Origin: Eledone cirrhosa
Lineage: Eukaryota
Length of the DNA: 64,000 nucleotides
Assembly (NCBI GenBank): GCA_964016885.1
Contig: OZ024740.1
Span: forward strand, 423,398,001-423,462,000
Direction: 5' to 3'
Shown here in pieces: positions 20,099 through 32,539 of this stretch. The notes beneath the pieces are model-generated. The model made no database searches and was not told the origin of the DNA. It was given only the letters and a program-made list of their open reading frames with translations. Positions within the stretch are counted from its first letter, which is position 1. Each line of letters begins with the position of its first letter. Both the position numbers and the translations under genes were made by a program.

Positions 20099-21961
20099 TT
20101 ACTTACCTTCCGGGGTCTTGTGAAGGTCGGGTGGTTCGACCTCCATGGTTTGTGGGGTTTCTTTTGGGAACCCCTTTAATAGTCTTGACGTGGGTTTTAC
20201 GTTCGGGGTTCCCACATCCCGAGGAAAGCTCTTTCGAATTTCTTTGTATGAAGCGAGCGACATTCGCATCAGAAGCAAATTATCTGGTACGCGAAATGTG
20301 CTCGCTTCAAATGTTTCCCCGTCTTTTTCGATGTTTGTGCTTCGTGCTACATGGGCCATCAATTCCTTGTTGGCCCTTCTGGCAAGCACGAAGTTTTTAA
20401 TGTTTTGTTGCTCGGGTTTTATTTGTTCGTGTGATTGTGGTGGTGATAGCTTTGTTAGTGTTGTTTCTATTGTGTCTGCGTTTGTTGTGGGTGGGGTGTC
20501 TGTAGTTTCTGATGTTTGTGTGTCTATTTGTTCTTGTGTCTGTTTAGCTTGTTTGCGTTTGGGGGATTTTGGTGGTTGTGTTGGTGATGCTGTGGGGAAA
20601 ATGTTTGTGTGGGTGGTGTGTGTATTTTCTTTTGTGGGGGTGTTTGTGCTTTGTGGATTTCTTTTTTTTTTGTGTTTTGTTTTTTGTATTTTGGGGGACT
20701 TTGGTTTTCCCTCATCTTCACTGCTGGAGGATGAGGGGTATGTGGCTGTGAGCGTGTTTGTGTCTGAGTGAGTGTTTATGTTCTTGTTCGTGTGTGTATT
20801 TTTGGGGGGAGGGGGAATGGGAGAGCTTTCCTCGTTTCCCCCCTGGGTGTGCAATTTTGGTGGTTCCATTGTTGACGGTGTTGCTGGTGGTCCTTGTCCC
20901 GGCGTCGCCAGCAGTGGAATCTTTCGACCCCTTGCGCTTTTCGGCAGTTGAGGGCAGAAGGCTCGCAAGTGTGTCGTTTCCCCACAAAGGAAACAATGCG
21001 GCCTTTTGCCCTCAGTCATTATATGCAACACCCTCCCGTTTTGGAGGCGGATGTGGTCCGGGATTGCTTTCACGTTTTCGGGTCTGATTTGGAGCAGTAT
21101 CTCCAGATCAACCCCGGACCAGTCGTCCCTGGCAGTTCTCGTTGCCTCTACCGGGACTGTATCCGTTCCTTCCACGATTACGCAACCCAGGAGCCACCAC
21201 ATATCAAGTCCTGGTGGAATCCTGGGAATGCGCACACGTGCTATTCGTTTTCCCATGTGGGAGGGGTACATTATGACCTTGCTGGTTTTGCAAGGGGTCA
21301 TTGAATGCTTCACAGCGAGGGCTTCAGACTTGAACAGCACCGAAACGGTGCCGTATTGCCTGCCCCTCTCTATGAAGTCTGTGTCCTCTCTGATGTATTT
21401 CAGTGCGGCTTCTATGTCAGCTTGGGCGATTATCGCTGCCCTCTTTGTCTCTACTGAGATGCATCTGAAATGCACCGTTCTTTTTTCCACTGCCTCAATG
21501 GCTTCTGCCGGGACAGTTAAGTTTGCCCAGGTCTGCTCTTGATTTATGATTTTCCAGGCCTGGGCCAACTTTTCCTCTCTGTTGGTTAAGTCGATGCTGT
21601 AGCATGGTCTCCTTTTAGCCGCTGCCACAGCAGCGAAAGTGTTCTTGTTGGTGTTGTCACTGTTGTTGTTCTTGTTGGTGTTGCTGCTGCTATTGCTGTT
21701 GTTGTTCTCCCCTGTGTCGTGGTTACCTTCTGTGCTGTTGGCCTTGTTGGTGCTCTCGCTATTACCACCTTCTGCGCTGTTCGGCTTGTTGGTGTTGGTG
21801 TTGTCGTTGTTACCACCTTCCGCGCCGCTCGGCCCGTTGGTGCTGGCACTGTCGCTGCTCACATTCGTGCTGGTGGCGCTCCTCGCCTCACCTCTCCTCT
21901 CAACGCTCAAGTCGCCGTTGCACGACAGCAGACCCGCCTCTAGGGGGCGTGGCTCCGCCAT
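20099..21961 (-). CDS. Tx1-like ORF1, copy 4 (620 aa)
   Basis: 16-aa in-frame deletion in the N/S/T repeat; T->A, L->P, Q->K and D->Y changes. Confidence 0.9.
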   Translation of the reverse strand: MAEPRPLEAGLLSCNGDLSVERRGEARSATSTNVSSDSASTNGPSGAEGGNNDNTNTNKPNSAEGGNSESTNKANSTEGNHDTGENNNSNSSSNTNKNNNSDNTNKNTFAAVAAAKRRPCYSIDLTNREEKLAQAWKIINQEQTWANLTVPAEAIEAVEKRTVHFRCISVETKRAAIIAQADIEAALKYIREDTDFIERGRQYGTVSVLFKSEALAVKHSMTPCKTSKVIMYPSHMGKRIARVRIPRIPPGLDMWWLLGCVIVEGTDTVPVEATRTARDDWSGVDLEILLQIRPENVKAIPDHIRLQNGRVLHIMTEGKRPHCFLCGETTHLRAFCPQLPKSARGRKIPLLATPGQGPPATPSTMEPPKLHTQGGNEESSPIPPPPKNTHTNKNINTHSDTNTLTATYPSSSSSEDEGKPKSPKIQKTKHKKKRNPQSTNTPTKENTHTTHTNIFPTASPTQPPKSPKRKQAKQTQEQIDTQTSETTDTPPTTNADTIETTLTKLSPPQSHEQIKPEQQNIKNFVLARRANKELMAHVARSTNIEKDGETFEASTFRVPDNLLLMRMSLASYKEIRKSFPRDVGTPNVKPTSRLLKGFPKETPQTMEVEPPDLHKTPEGK

Positions 21962-22187
21962 GTTTTTTTTGAGAAAAAAATTATGATTTTTTTCAAAATA
22001 AAGTTCAAATATTTGGGCCAAAAGGCCCAAATATTATGAGTTATTCCTTCACAGGATACAAATTAATGTCTTATAATGCTTCAGCGGTACAAAAAATAAA
22101 CAATTCTCTACAATTAATCCTCAAAAAATTGCTTACTCACGGAGCTTCAAAAAACGTACATCCACTTTCGTCAATAATAATAATAAT

Positions 22188-22780
<593 letters not shown>

Positions 22781-23167
22781 AAGAAAACAAAAACACCAAC
22801 CAACACATTGTCTCCTGCCATAGCGGTACCTGGAAATGACAAGATGGCTGACAAGATGGCGGAAATAGAGGAAGAAAAAGGAAGAAAAAATATGAAAAAC
22901 TGGAAAATGAAATAAAATGAATTTGGGAATTAAACAAGATGGCGTCCTGGAGTTGGAGATGTTGGTGTCGTGATGTAAAGCTGGGTTTTAAAGATTGGTG
23001 TGGAAATATGTACTGGGTTGTTGTAAAAGACGGCATTTCTGGGAACAGCCAGAATATTGAGAAGGGAACTAGAAATGGTGGAAGTGTGTGGCCTAGTGGC
23101 AATGGTGTTGGACTTAAACCATAATATCGTCTGGAAACTGTCAGAATATTGAGAAGGGAACTACAAA

Positions 23168-23455
23168 TGGTGGAGGTACGTGGCCTAGTGGTAAGGGTGT
23201 TGGACCTATGACCATAATGTCGTAGGTGCCATTCTTGGACTGGGTTGTGTGCTGTGTTTTTGAACTAAACACTTCATTTCACATTGCTCCAGTATTCTCA
23301 GATGAAAATGAGTACCTGCAGCAATAGTTGGGGGTTTAACCCTGCGATGGACTGGCGTCCTAACCAGAGGGAGTTTTGTGCTCTCAGTTATTTAACGCTA
23401 TGGAAACTGGGATAATCACCGGCCTGGTGAGCTTCCTGGCTCAGCTCAGACTTTA
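23168..23455 (+). mobile_element. tRNA-derived SINE with Meta/MESC-like central domain (partial duplicate of head at ~23050-23130)
   Basis: A-box TGGCCTAGTGGTAAG, then TTGCTCCAGT..AAATGAGTACC..AACCCTGCGATGGACTGGCGTCC. Confidence 0.7.
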
Positions 23456-23571
23456 GAATCAGACTACAAATGTAGGGGTTGATGAGGAAGTGAAGGACTC
23501 TTGGTTATTTGTTGGCCGTCGGTGCTCTACAGTAATTTAGACGACACAAGATCTGTCTGATTATGAAGAAA

Positions 23572-23826
23572 TAATTGTTTCTACTTTTGGCACAAGGCCA
23601 GCAATTATCCCAGTGCATTACTGGTACCAAGCCCAGCAATTTTGGGGGGAGGGGAAAGTTGATTAAATCGACCCCAGTGCATTACTGGTACTTTATTTTA
23701 TCGACCCCGTACGGATGAAAGGCAAAGTCATCCTCGGCGGGACTTGAACTCAGACCATAGAGGCCGTAACTCTATGCGTCAAAGCATGGCGTTCGACCCT
23801 CTACCGACACTGCCAATCCACCGCCT
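23572..23826 (-). mobile_element. SINE with Nin/Deu-like domain (family recurs at 25577-25736, 27890-28008, 36306-36942, 49605-49742, 56271-56455)
   Basis: Sense GGCGGTGGATTGGCAG..GAGTTCAAGTCCCGCCGAGG..GCCTTTCATCC..GGGGTCGATAAAATAAAGTACC; many copies in window. Confidence 0.75.
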
Positions 23827-23849
23827 GCTAATAATAATAAAAAATGTAA

Positions 23850-24128
23850 AGTCTGTCTGGAACCCAGAGGTTCATTAGTACGGGGCTTATCCCAGCTTCC
23901 GGGGCGTGAAGCGACTGAGAGTGCAAGACTCCCTCCTGGTCAGGACGCCAGTCCATCACAAAGTTAAATCCCTAGTTATAGCTGGTACTCGTTTTCACCT
24001 GAGTATACTGGAGCAACGTGAAAAGAAATGTCTTGCTCAAGAACACAACACACAACCCAGTCTAGGAATCGAACCCACGACATTAAGATCGTAAGTCCAA
24101 CACACTTACCACTAAGCCACACACCTCC
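23850..24128 (-). mobile_element. Meta/MESC-like tRNA SINE, inverted relative to the 23168 copy
   Basis: Reverse complement shows TGGCTTAGTGG A-box, GTTCGATTCC B-box and the same central domain. Confidence 0.7.
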
Positions 24129-24499
24129 AACACTAAAATGGCAATAAAACAACGGCACCAATAACAGTATTTATTTTGGAGTGTCTTATTGGAAAAGAAA
24201 AGCCTATAATTCTTATGACTCCTCCTATCAAAATCTGTAATGTCCCTTAATTTTTGTGGGAGGAGGGGGCCCAGCAATCCTTTACAACGGAATATTAACT
24301 TGAAAGAACAAAGGTTAAGATAAGGAAGACGAAATTCCTAATTTTGGACCATAAAAGACTTTATTAAATGGCAGACAGTCTGAGAAATAAAATGTTCCTT
24401 TGTGAAGGAAATCGGAACTGTTTTAAAAACAGTTGTTTGTGAATGTTAGAGAGTGAGGGATATATAGATAGAATGAGATAGAGGGGGGTAGAAGAAAAA

Positions 24500-24612
24500 A
24501 ATATAAAAAGAGAGAGAGAAAGAAAGATATATATATATATATATAGATGGATGGATATAGAGATAGACGAATAGATAAATAGATAGATAGAAAAAGAAAG
24601 AAAGAGAAAGAG

Positions 24613-24676
<64 letters not shown>
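24500..24676. repeat. (GA)n/(TA)n/(GATA)n microsatellites
   Basis: Directly visible. Confidence 0.9.
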
Positions 24677-24679
<3 letters not shown>

Positions 24680-25318
24680 AATGTATGTAACAATGTAATT
24701 AATGATAAATTCCAAGTAGCGAAGAGAGCAATGAAACTGTCTATGAGAATGAAATGATCAATGTTGACGTCTACAGGTTTATAGGATGGCTGCCCCTCTA
24801 TGTCAAGTTAGGTGTCTTAACATTTACAGATCAGCTGCCTATTACTGTAAACACATACAACAAATAACACGGACATGAAATGGTTATCGACTGCAGACTT
24901 GATTGCCTCTTTCTAGGCATCAGAACATTAAAGGTATATAGAGAAAGACATTACTTGTCAGATCCGTATTGTACATGTCTTCAATTTGATTACCAAAACT
25001 ACAAGAGTTGAAAGGGTCAAATTGATACTAAACATTCTTCTTATCCAGCAGACATTATGTTAAATCACTTAGGAGTATAAAATGTTATCATTGTGATAAG
25101 TATGTAATCTCAAGCTCTGTTAAGTGATTAAGTTATGGAGGTAATTTTCATAAAGGTTTACCTCACAAAGGATAGTTTTAAGTTTAAGATTATATGTAGT
25201 GTATGGTCCTGTCACTCTTCACGGAGTCGTAGGGGTGCCGTATATAAGGCGTTTCTAGGCCATTTTTAAAACCTGGCGAAGCTCAATCCTCTCCAGGTTT
25301 GAGTACAACAGATTTCCT

Positions 25319-25320
<2 letters not shown>

Positions 25321-25353
<33 letters not shown>

Positions 25354-25531
25354 GAGAGTGTGTGTGAGAGAGAGAGTGTGTGAGAGAGAGAGTGTGAGAG
25401 AGTGTGAGAGAGTGTGAGAGAGAGTGAGAGAGAGAGAGTGTGTGAGAGAGAGTGAGAGAGAGAGAGAGTGTGAGAGAGTGAGAGAGAGAGAGTGTGAGAG
25501 AGAGTGTGAGAGAGTGTGAAAGAGAGAGAGA

Positions 25532-25564
<33 letters not shown>

Positions 25565-25577
25565 GGAGAGAGAGAGA
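25321..25577. repeat. (GA)n/(GAGT)n microsatellite
   Basis: Directly visible. Confidence 0.9.
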
Positions 25578-26169
25578 ATCGACCCAGTACTAGACTGGTA
25601 CTTTTTTTTTATCTAACTTGAATGGATGAAAGGAAAAGTTGACCTCGGCGGGATTTGAACTCAGAGACCAGAAAACTGAAATAAATACAACAATGTATTC
25701 TATCCGACGTTCTAACGACTCGGTCAATTTGCCGCCTATTTCTAAGTAGTCCAATGTTCTAATTATCCACTGACATGTTTAGAAAAGAAACCTCTACACA
25801 CATTCTCTCAGTTTTGTAATATAGGAAGTATTTCTACGAGAATTTAATATAAGATGACGACACATATGTATTTATGATAAAGTTATGCTAAGAATTTCCA
25901 AGCTCAATCTGTTTCTACAATCCGTAAATAGAATGAACTGATTCATCCGAGGTGTGATCGCTTTGGATATTATACAGGATATTGTACAGGTGTAAGGAAA
26001 CAGAACATTAATAATAAACCTAACAGTTTAGAAGGAATTTAAGATATTTTTATTTGTATTCTTCTTACTCAAGTTTCAACAAATCAACTGAGAAGAATAT
26101 AACTAAGGAAAGATTTTAGTTGAGCAAAGAATCTGGTACATGGAATTAAATCCCTATACTAAGATCCAA

Positions 26170-26860
26170 GCTTCTTCTTCTTCTTCTTCTTCTTCTTCTT
26201 CTTCTTCTTCTTCTTCTTCTTCTTCTTCTTCTTCTTCTTCTTCTTCTTCTTCTTCTTCTTCTTCTTCTTCTTCTCCTTCTCCCACGTATTCCTGAGAGGG
26301 TCGTAGGAGCATAGTCCTCAAACACTCCTTCCAGCAGGTCTTTTCAGAAGCAACTGTGTCCAACTGATCCAGCTGGATCCCCAAGCAAGACCAGCCAAGC
26401 CCATGGACGTTATCCAACCATCTTACTCGGGGTCTACTCCTGGGTCACTTACCAGTTGGTTTTGTCCGTAAAATCTGTCCAGCGATTCTTTCCTGATAGA
26501 TTCTAACCACATGTCCATAGTATCGGAGCTGTGATCTCTCATTTCGGAGAAGTAGCCGCTCTGTCTGGAGTGATTCTCTGAGCTATGCACGCTATTGAGT
26601 AACGTTACTCCCAAGACCCTCCGCAAGAACCCAATTGCGGCCGCTTGTATTCGCAATCGTATTTTTTCGGCCATTACCCAAGATTCATGACCATAGGTAA
26701 AGGTTGGCATAAATATCGAATTGAATTGGCTTTTACATCTACCTCCATTCTTCTGATTACCGAATGCTGAAGATGGCGCATTATTGCACCCGTTCCTGTA
26801 ATTCTTGCACTTAATTCAGCCCCCGACCTTCCATCACTCGTGAACACCTGCTTCAGTGGA
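26170..26860 (-). mobile_element. RTE-clade (Rex3/Expander-like) LINE 3' fragment with (GAA)n tail
   Basis: Frameshifted PTFTYGHESWVM..RIQAA..FLRR and GRPRVRWLDNVHGLGWSCLGI; (TTC)n at 26170-26280. Confidence 0.8.
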
Positions 26861-27089
26861 ACTTCATACACATGTAGAGTGCACTGCGCAGGCTTCTTTG
26901 AGACACCATTTCCAAATATATTTTTCACATACCAAGTATTTCTTCATTCACAGTCAAAGGAATAAAACTAAATGTCAAATATTTTTGTGAATATTGTTGA
27001 AATATGCTCAATATTTGTGTGGATTACCTCCAGACATAAATATTTTCAAACGTTGTAAGAAGGATTATACTTCCATGAGTGGTTTGCCC

Positions 27090-27487
27090 CTCGAACACTC
27101 CGGCTTCTGCTATTGGGATGATGCAAAATTAACGACCACGAGTAATGAAACCAATCAACGACAAAGGACGGGAATTGTTTGATCCCCGCCCAATATTCTC
27201 CCACCGAACCTCCAACAAACTACCACCTCATTCGTTGGCAGCTGGGCAAATGATTTAAACGACTTTGTCACTGACGTCAAACTATGGATTACATCTAAAG
27301 ACAGTCACTTTTTTGCACGTGGGATCGATCGTTTGCCAAGCAAATGGGAAGCAGTTATTGAAGTAGATGGTGATTATGCTCTAGAATGACCACGGTCATT
27401 TAAATATATTTTGATTGTAGTTTGGTGTTGTATTATAGATTGAATTTAGAATCAATAAAAACTGTTAATTTTACGTCAAACTAATAA
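27090..27487 (+). mobile_element. Mariner transposase C-terminal relic with probable right TIR
   Basis: Degenerate PxYSPxxxPxxYHL motif, then WITSKDSHFFARGIDRLPSKWEAVIEVDGDY*; ends ..CAAACTAATA. Confidence 0.75.
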
Positions 27488-28019
27488 TTCTTAAATAGCA
27501 GGTATAGGTGGTATATGTCCCATGTCCATATGTATGCCTCGGTGATCCTCAACCTCATAAACACACAGAAGCAGGCATATGCCCATTTGCATTAGACAAC
27601 TGCTCATGTGCTTGACTGACGACGAACCATGGAATCTTTGTGAATATGTTCATGTGGTATATACAAATACATGTACGTACATGCAGAGATTCGCGAGTGT
27701 GTGTGTATGTACGTTGAGCAATTGCAATATGATACACGTGTGGGTGTAAGTCTATTGAATGTATGTCCGTGCATTCCTCTATACCCACTCTGCTTCTTCC
27801 CATACATAGAAAACTTCCCTGATCTGTGGTATCTCTAGTCTCAGAACCGCAGACAATATATATATATATATATGTGTATATATATATATAATTGTTTCTA
27901 CTTTTGGCACAAGGCCAGCAATTACCCAATGCATTACTGGTACTTTATTCTATCGACCCCGGAAGGATGAAAGGTAAAGTTAACCTCGGCGGGATTTGAA
28001 CTCAGATCATATATATATA

Positions 28020-28041
28020 TAATATAGAGGTAGAACACTGG

Positions 28042-28098
<57 letters not shown>

Positions 28099-28108
28099 GT
28101 AGAACACT

Positions 28109-28143
<35 letters not shown>

Positions 28144-28159
28144 GTAGAGGTAGAACACT

Positions 28160-28170
<11 letters not shown>
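28020..28170. repeat. Short motif ATAGAGGTAGAACACTGG interspersed with (TA)n (3 copies here, 2 more at 28811-28868)
   Basis: Directly visible. Confidence 0.85.
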
Positions 28171-28192
<22 letters not shown>

Positions 28193-28195
<3 letters not shown>

Positions 28196-28800
28196 TGGCT
28201 GCCAACTCGTTTTCGAGTACGGCCACTACTTTACATCCATGTAGGAGAACCCCGACCGATGCGCTGAACGAGTGTGACTTTTTTAGTTCAGCCAGCGACT
28301 TGAAAACGCTGATACAAACACTACACTTGTGACAATTATTGACACATAGTGCTGGGCCCATGGTACCATGTGACGACAAGTGCAGAGAGATCTCCAGATA
28401 TAAAGCAATGCCTGTGCCGTGAAGCTTTTATAGTGAGCAAAGACACTGCACAAAGCCAGTCCCACTCTCTTAACCAAGATGATATTTACCAAAAAGAAGA
28501 ACAAGTCAACATCATTGGATACCATCAGGGTTGCAGGTGTTATATCAGAGTTTTCCTTCTCCTAGAATTCTGCCATGACAAAGGCTAAGGGGTCATCTCT
28601 CCCGGCGATTTTGGATGGCCATTGACTCTTAAGAGCTCCTTTGCCCTTTGACAGATTTTGATTTTAGTCCTGCAGGATGTCCAAAGTCACCCTCCTCACC
28701 AAGAAACCTTGGTGGGGTTGCCAGTTTAGTCGCCAACGACCCGACCATGAGACAGGTTGTACTGGGATACATGTTACCAGTACACCAGCTGGTGACCTGA
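28193..28800 (-). mobile_element. Putative internally deleted RTE-type derivative (5'UTR-like part fused to ORF 3' end, (TA)n tail); 3' half recurs at 55591-55880
   Basis: Sense 5' part has GCGACTAAACTGGCAACCC and CTAGGAGAAGGAAAACTCTGAT. 3' part encodes decayed CxxC..FKSLA.LKSH and ends GTACTCGAAAACGAGTTGGCAGCCACCA(TA)n. Confidence 0.55.
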
Positions 28801-28939
28801 CATATATATAATATAGAGGTAGAACACTGGATATATATATATATATAATATAGAAGTAGAACACTGGAAGGTAATATCCGTAGTGGTAGAGCACTCAGTC
28901 CATGGGACGAGTTTGGTAGAAGTAGTAACACAACAGTTA

Positions 28940-29315
28940 GTTCACTATACTGAGTAGTACTGATAATATTTACAAAGTTTCTGAAAACAGTTGGAGGGTG
29001 GCATGAATCCTTGTGTATGTAATTAAGTTTTTCGTTTAGTTTATGGAAGGGTCTGAAGGTATGTGTGCTAAGGTCTAAATTAATGTCTAAGAAATCTACG
29101 CCAGAGAGGTTGGTAGCTACCGTTATCCTAACCCTAACCCATTAAAAGTAGAAATTAAATCTTTTTTAAACCGGTTCAGGTCGTGACCACTTTTATGGCT
29201 TGATAAGATCAGACCATCGTCGCGGTATAAACCTGTGTGGAAGTTCGGGAATCTAGCACGTAATACATCTAATATAGATAAGCTAACCAAGTCGCATACG
29301 TCAGCACTGTCTTTC
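28940..29315 (-). mobile_element. Penelope-like element RT fragment
   Basis: ADVCDLV..GLYRDDGL..FKKDLISTF; VDFLDINLDL..FRPFHK; HPP motif. Confidence 0.85.
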
Positions 29316-29400
29316 AATTCCAGTATTGACAGTATTGCCTGTCAATATTGGAATTGAAATATCAAGACCGTAGAGGTATGTCATATATCAAATCATATAT

Positions 29401-29460
29401 TTTATCTGATGAGGACGTACTGAAAAAAAAACACAGTACCTTCGAAATATATATAATAAA
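29401..29460 (+). ncRNA. Minimal type I hammerhead ribozyme
   Basis: TTTAT-CTGATGA-GGACGTACTG[loop]CAGTACCTTC-GAAA-TATATA-TA-ATAAA: canonical core, stems I and II pair, palindromic stem III. Confidence 0.8.
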
Positions 29461-29529
29461 GCATATATTTTGATTATGTGAATATCTTCATTTGTTAATA
29501 TTTTGAATAATATATATATATTAAGGATA

Positions 29530-32127
29530 ACATCAAGGATAATGATAGCTACGTTTAACGGGAATCCTAAAACCACTGTAATCTCTATAGTCCAACAAAT
29601 GTATGTGACATGGCCGAAGTAGAGAGCTTTTACATGGAACTACTCACTAGACAAATCCCGAAACATAATGTTCTCATCATTGGCGGAGACTTCAACGCGC
29701 GTCTTGGACAGCCTGATGGATTCAAATTCTCATACCACTCACAAACCAATAGAAACGGTTGTATGCTAAAACATTACTTGTGTGAGAACAATTTACGATG
29801 TCCCAACGCCATATTCCAAAAAATACCAGGCTAGCGGTGGACACACAAATCTCCAAATGGCGACAAGACACAACTGGATTATATCATAATCAATCGAAAA
29901 TGGAAGAACAGCGCAAAAAACTGCAGAGCATATGACTCGTTTGTTTGTGTTGACTCGGATCATCGCATTGTCTCGGCCAAGATACGATTAGGTCTCCGAG
30001 TGGATAAAAAGAAATCTGCAAGTGCTACTCCTTACAAATGGGCAGTTCTGAATACCAATCCTGAGACTTACAAAACCTTTGTAACCCAACCGAGCAACCG
30101 ATTTGCTGCCCTACAAGACTCTGCGCCAACAAAATCGTCAAATTCTACATTTAACCACTTTCAAATGGCATTCAAAGAGGTAGCGGCCGACACCATCCCT
30201 TTAAAACCCAAGGTTAAAAAACGAAAACCCTGGAAAGCAGAGAGGATACGCCAAAAGCGCAAAGAGTTGCGAAAAGCTGCAGAATTGAAAGACACTCAAC
30301 GATCTCCAGAAAACATTAGTAACTTCAGTGCTGCTTGTACAGCACTGAAAAGTGAGTATGAAATTGAGCAAGCCGAATACATGCAGAGAAAGATCAATCA
30401 TATCTCGAGTACTGTCAGCAATAAGAAGTCTGCCGAAGCCTGGAAAACTGTCAATGAAATTAGTGGCAGAAAAAGTAGTGACAGAGCCAAACTGAAAGCC
30501 TCCAGCCAAGACGAACGTTTAAAACTGTGGCAACAACATTTTCAGAAGCTTCTTGGCAAAGCACCACAGATCATCGAAGAAGAAATAATTCCCGTTTTTA
30601 CAAATACAGAAAGGTCCTTTCACTATGGAGTAACTACAGAAAGCAGTGAAAAGTATTGGTAACCGAAAAGCGTGCAGACTCGACGAGATCCCAGCTGAAG
30701 TGTGGAAGGTACCTGAATTTCACCCAATCCTACTAGAGTTGTGTAATGGTGTCTATAATCAAGACCCCATAGACAAATGGACTGAGGGATGTATACTTCC
30801 TTTTCCCAAAAAGGGCGATCTTGGAATGGCTAAAAACTACCGTGGCATAACACTAATGGCAATTGCCGCAAAGATATACAATCTCATGCTGTTTGACAGA
30901 ATAAGACCTGTCATTGACCCCTTGCTGAGAAAAAACCAAAATGGCTTCTGCACCAATAGATCAACATCAGGGCAAATACTTACTATTCGGCGTATCTTGG
31001 AAGGCGTAAAAGCCAAAAACCTCCCTCAACTCTCCTGTTTATTGACTTTTCAAAAGCATTCGATTGCATCCATCGTGGGAGGATGAGAGAGATACTTCTA
31101 GCCTACGGCTTGCCAAGGGAAACAGTAAATGCTATCATGATGTTATATAAAAATACCCGCGCAATGGTGCGCTCACCTGGGGGAGATACCAACTTCTTCG
31201 ACATCATTGCAGGAGTACTCCAAGGGGATACTCTTGCACACTATATTTTTATCATCTGCCTCGACTATGTATTGAGAAAAGCCCTGGACGAAAACTTAGA
31301 GCTTGGTTTCACTCTCACAAAGCGAAAGTGTAGACGCCATGCAGCTCAGAAAATCACCGATGCTGACTATGCGGATGATTTAGCGGTCCTCGCTGACTAC
31401 CTTAAGGATGCAACATCACTACTTCACAGCATCGAATCAGTTGCAAAGGAAATCGGACTCTATGTCAACGCAGGCAAAACAGAATATATTTGCCTGAACC
31501 AAGACTCCTCAGTTGGTATGCGAAGTCTAAACGGCGATATAATCAAGCAAGTTGACGACTTCAAATACCTGGGTAGCTATATCGCCTCCACAGAACATGA
31601 TGTTAACATCAGACTGGGAAAAGCCTGGGGAGCATTGAATGCAATGGAAAAGATATGGAAATCAAACCTGCCGGCCAAACTGAAAAGGAATTTCTTCAGA
31701 GCTACTGTGGAATCTGCGCTTGTTTATGGCTCTATCACTTGGACGCTAACGTCGAAACTGGAGAAAAAGCTAGACGGGGCATACACACGTATGCTCCGTG
31801 CTGCTTTAAACGTGTCTTGGAGGGAACACCCAACAAATAAGGATCTCTATGGCAATATACCACCTATCAGCAGGTCAATACGTGGACAGAGACTCAGATA
31901 TGCTGGCCACTATTGGCGCAGCAAGGAAGAAATAGCAGGTGATGTGTTGTTATGGAGTCCATCTCATGGAGCAAGAAACGCTGGTCGTCCCAAGAAGACA
32001 TACGTCAAGCAACTTGAGGACGATACTGTATGCACTGCGGAAGAACTGGCAAACGCTATGAGAGACAGAGATGGATGTAGGAAACGTGTCGTAGAAAGCC
32101 GTGTAAGCTCGACCTGATGATGATGAT
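29530..32127 (+). mobile_element. Decayed RTE-group (RTE/RTEX/Proto2-like) LINE, 5'-truncated, (TGA)n tail
   Basis: APE GGDFNA, QLDYI, SDH; RT NYRGITL, GVLQGD, YADD, FKYLGS; C-terminal GRPKKT; several frameshifts and stops. Confidence 0.88.
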
Positions 32128-32263
32128 ATATATATATAATTAGAGAGAGAACAACACAAAATATAACTACTCCAATACCAAAGGTTTCTGGATCACAGAC
32201 GATAATAATATATACGTCTGGATCGTTCGTCAGATAGAGATGTTAGATAACATTTGGAATTAC

Positions 32264-32340
<77 letters not shown>

Positions 32341-32539
32341 GAAAATGAACAAACAAAACACAGGAGCAATTGTACACAGTTATATTAGGTCCACACTTGG
32401 TGGAAGTGGAGGAAGTTTCGACGTTCCGGACAGAAGTCCTTTATCAGGAAAGTTCAGATAGGGGGAGACCAGGAACTCTGAGGAGGAGTAAGTAAGGGTT
32501 AAGGAGGGGATTTAAAAAGTAAAAGATAGAAAATGGAAA

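Larger units (their letters stand above)
1..22172 (-). mobile_element. Head-to-tail tandem array of >=4 Tx1/L1-clade non-LTR retrotransposons (5840-bp period), left end outside window
   Basis: ORF pairs recur at +5840 (2580/8420/14260; 4971/10811), then +5839. Identical 5' ends at 4701, 10541, 16381 and 22172, each followed by (AAT)5. Confidence 0.97.
16397..22172 (-). mobile_element. Tx1-like element copy 4 (array-terminal, most diverged)
   Basis: 1-bp deletion in a 3'UTR A-run (~16500), in-frame 48-bp ORF1 deletion, about 8 substitutions. Confidence 0.97.

Noticed and set aside
1-22172. HeT-A/TART-style retrotransposon telomere
   Set aside because: Polarity is wrong: element 3' ends point away from the ordinary flanking DNA, whereas telomeric arrays point 3' ends inward. 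No 5' truncations or poly(A) joints. Chromosomal position cannot be seen from this window.
32416-32451. Active hammerhead ribozyme (minus strand)
   Set aside because: Stems pair, but both core halves are mutated (CTGATAA, GGAA); treated as a relic.
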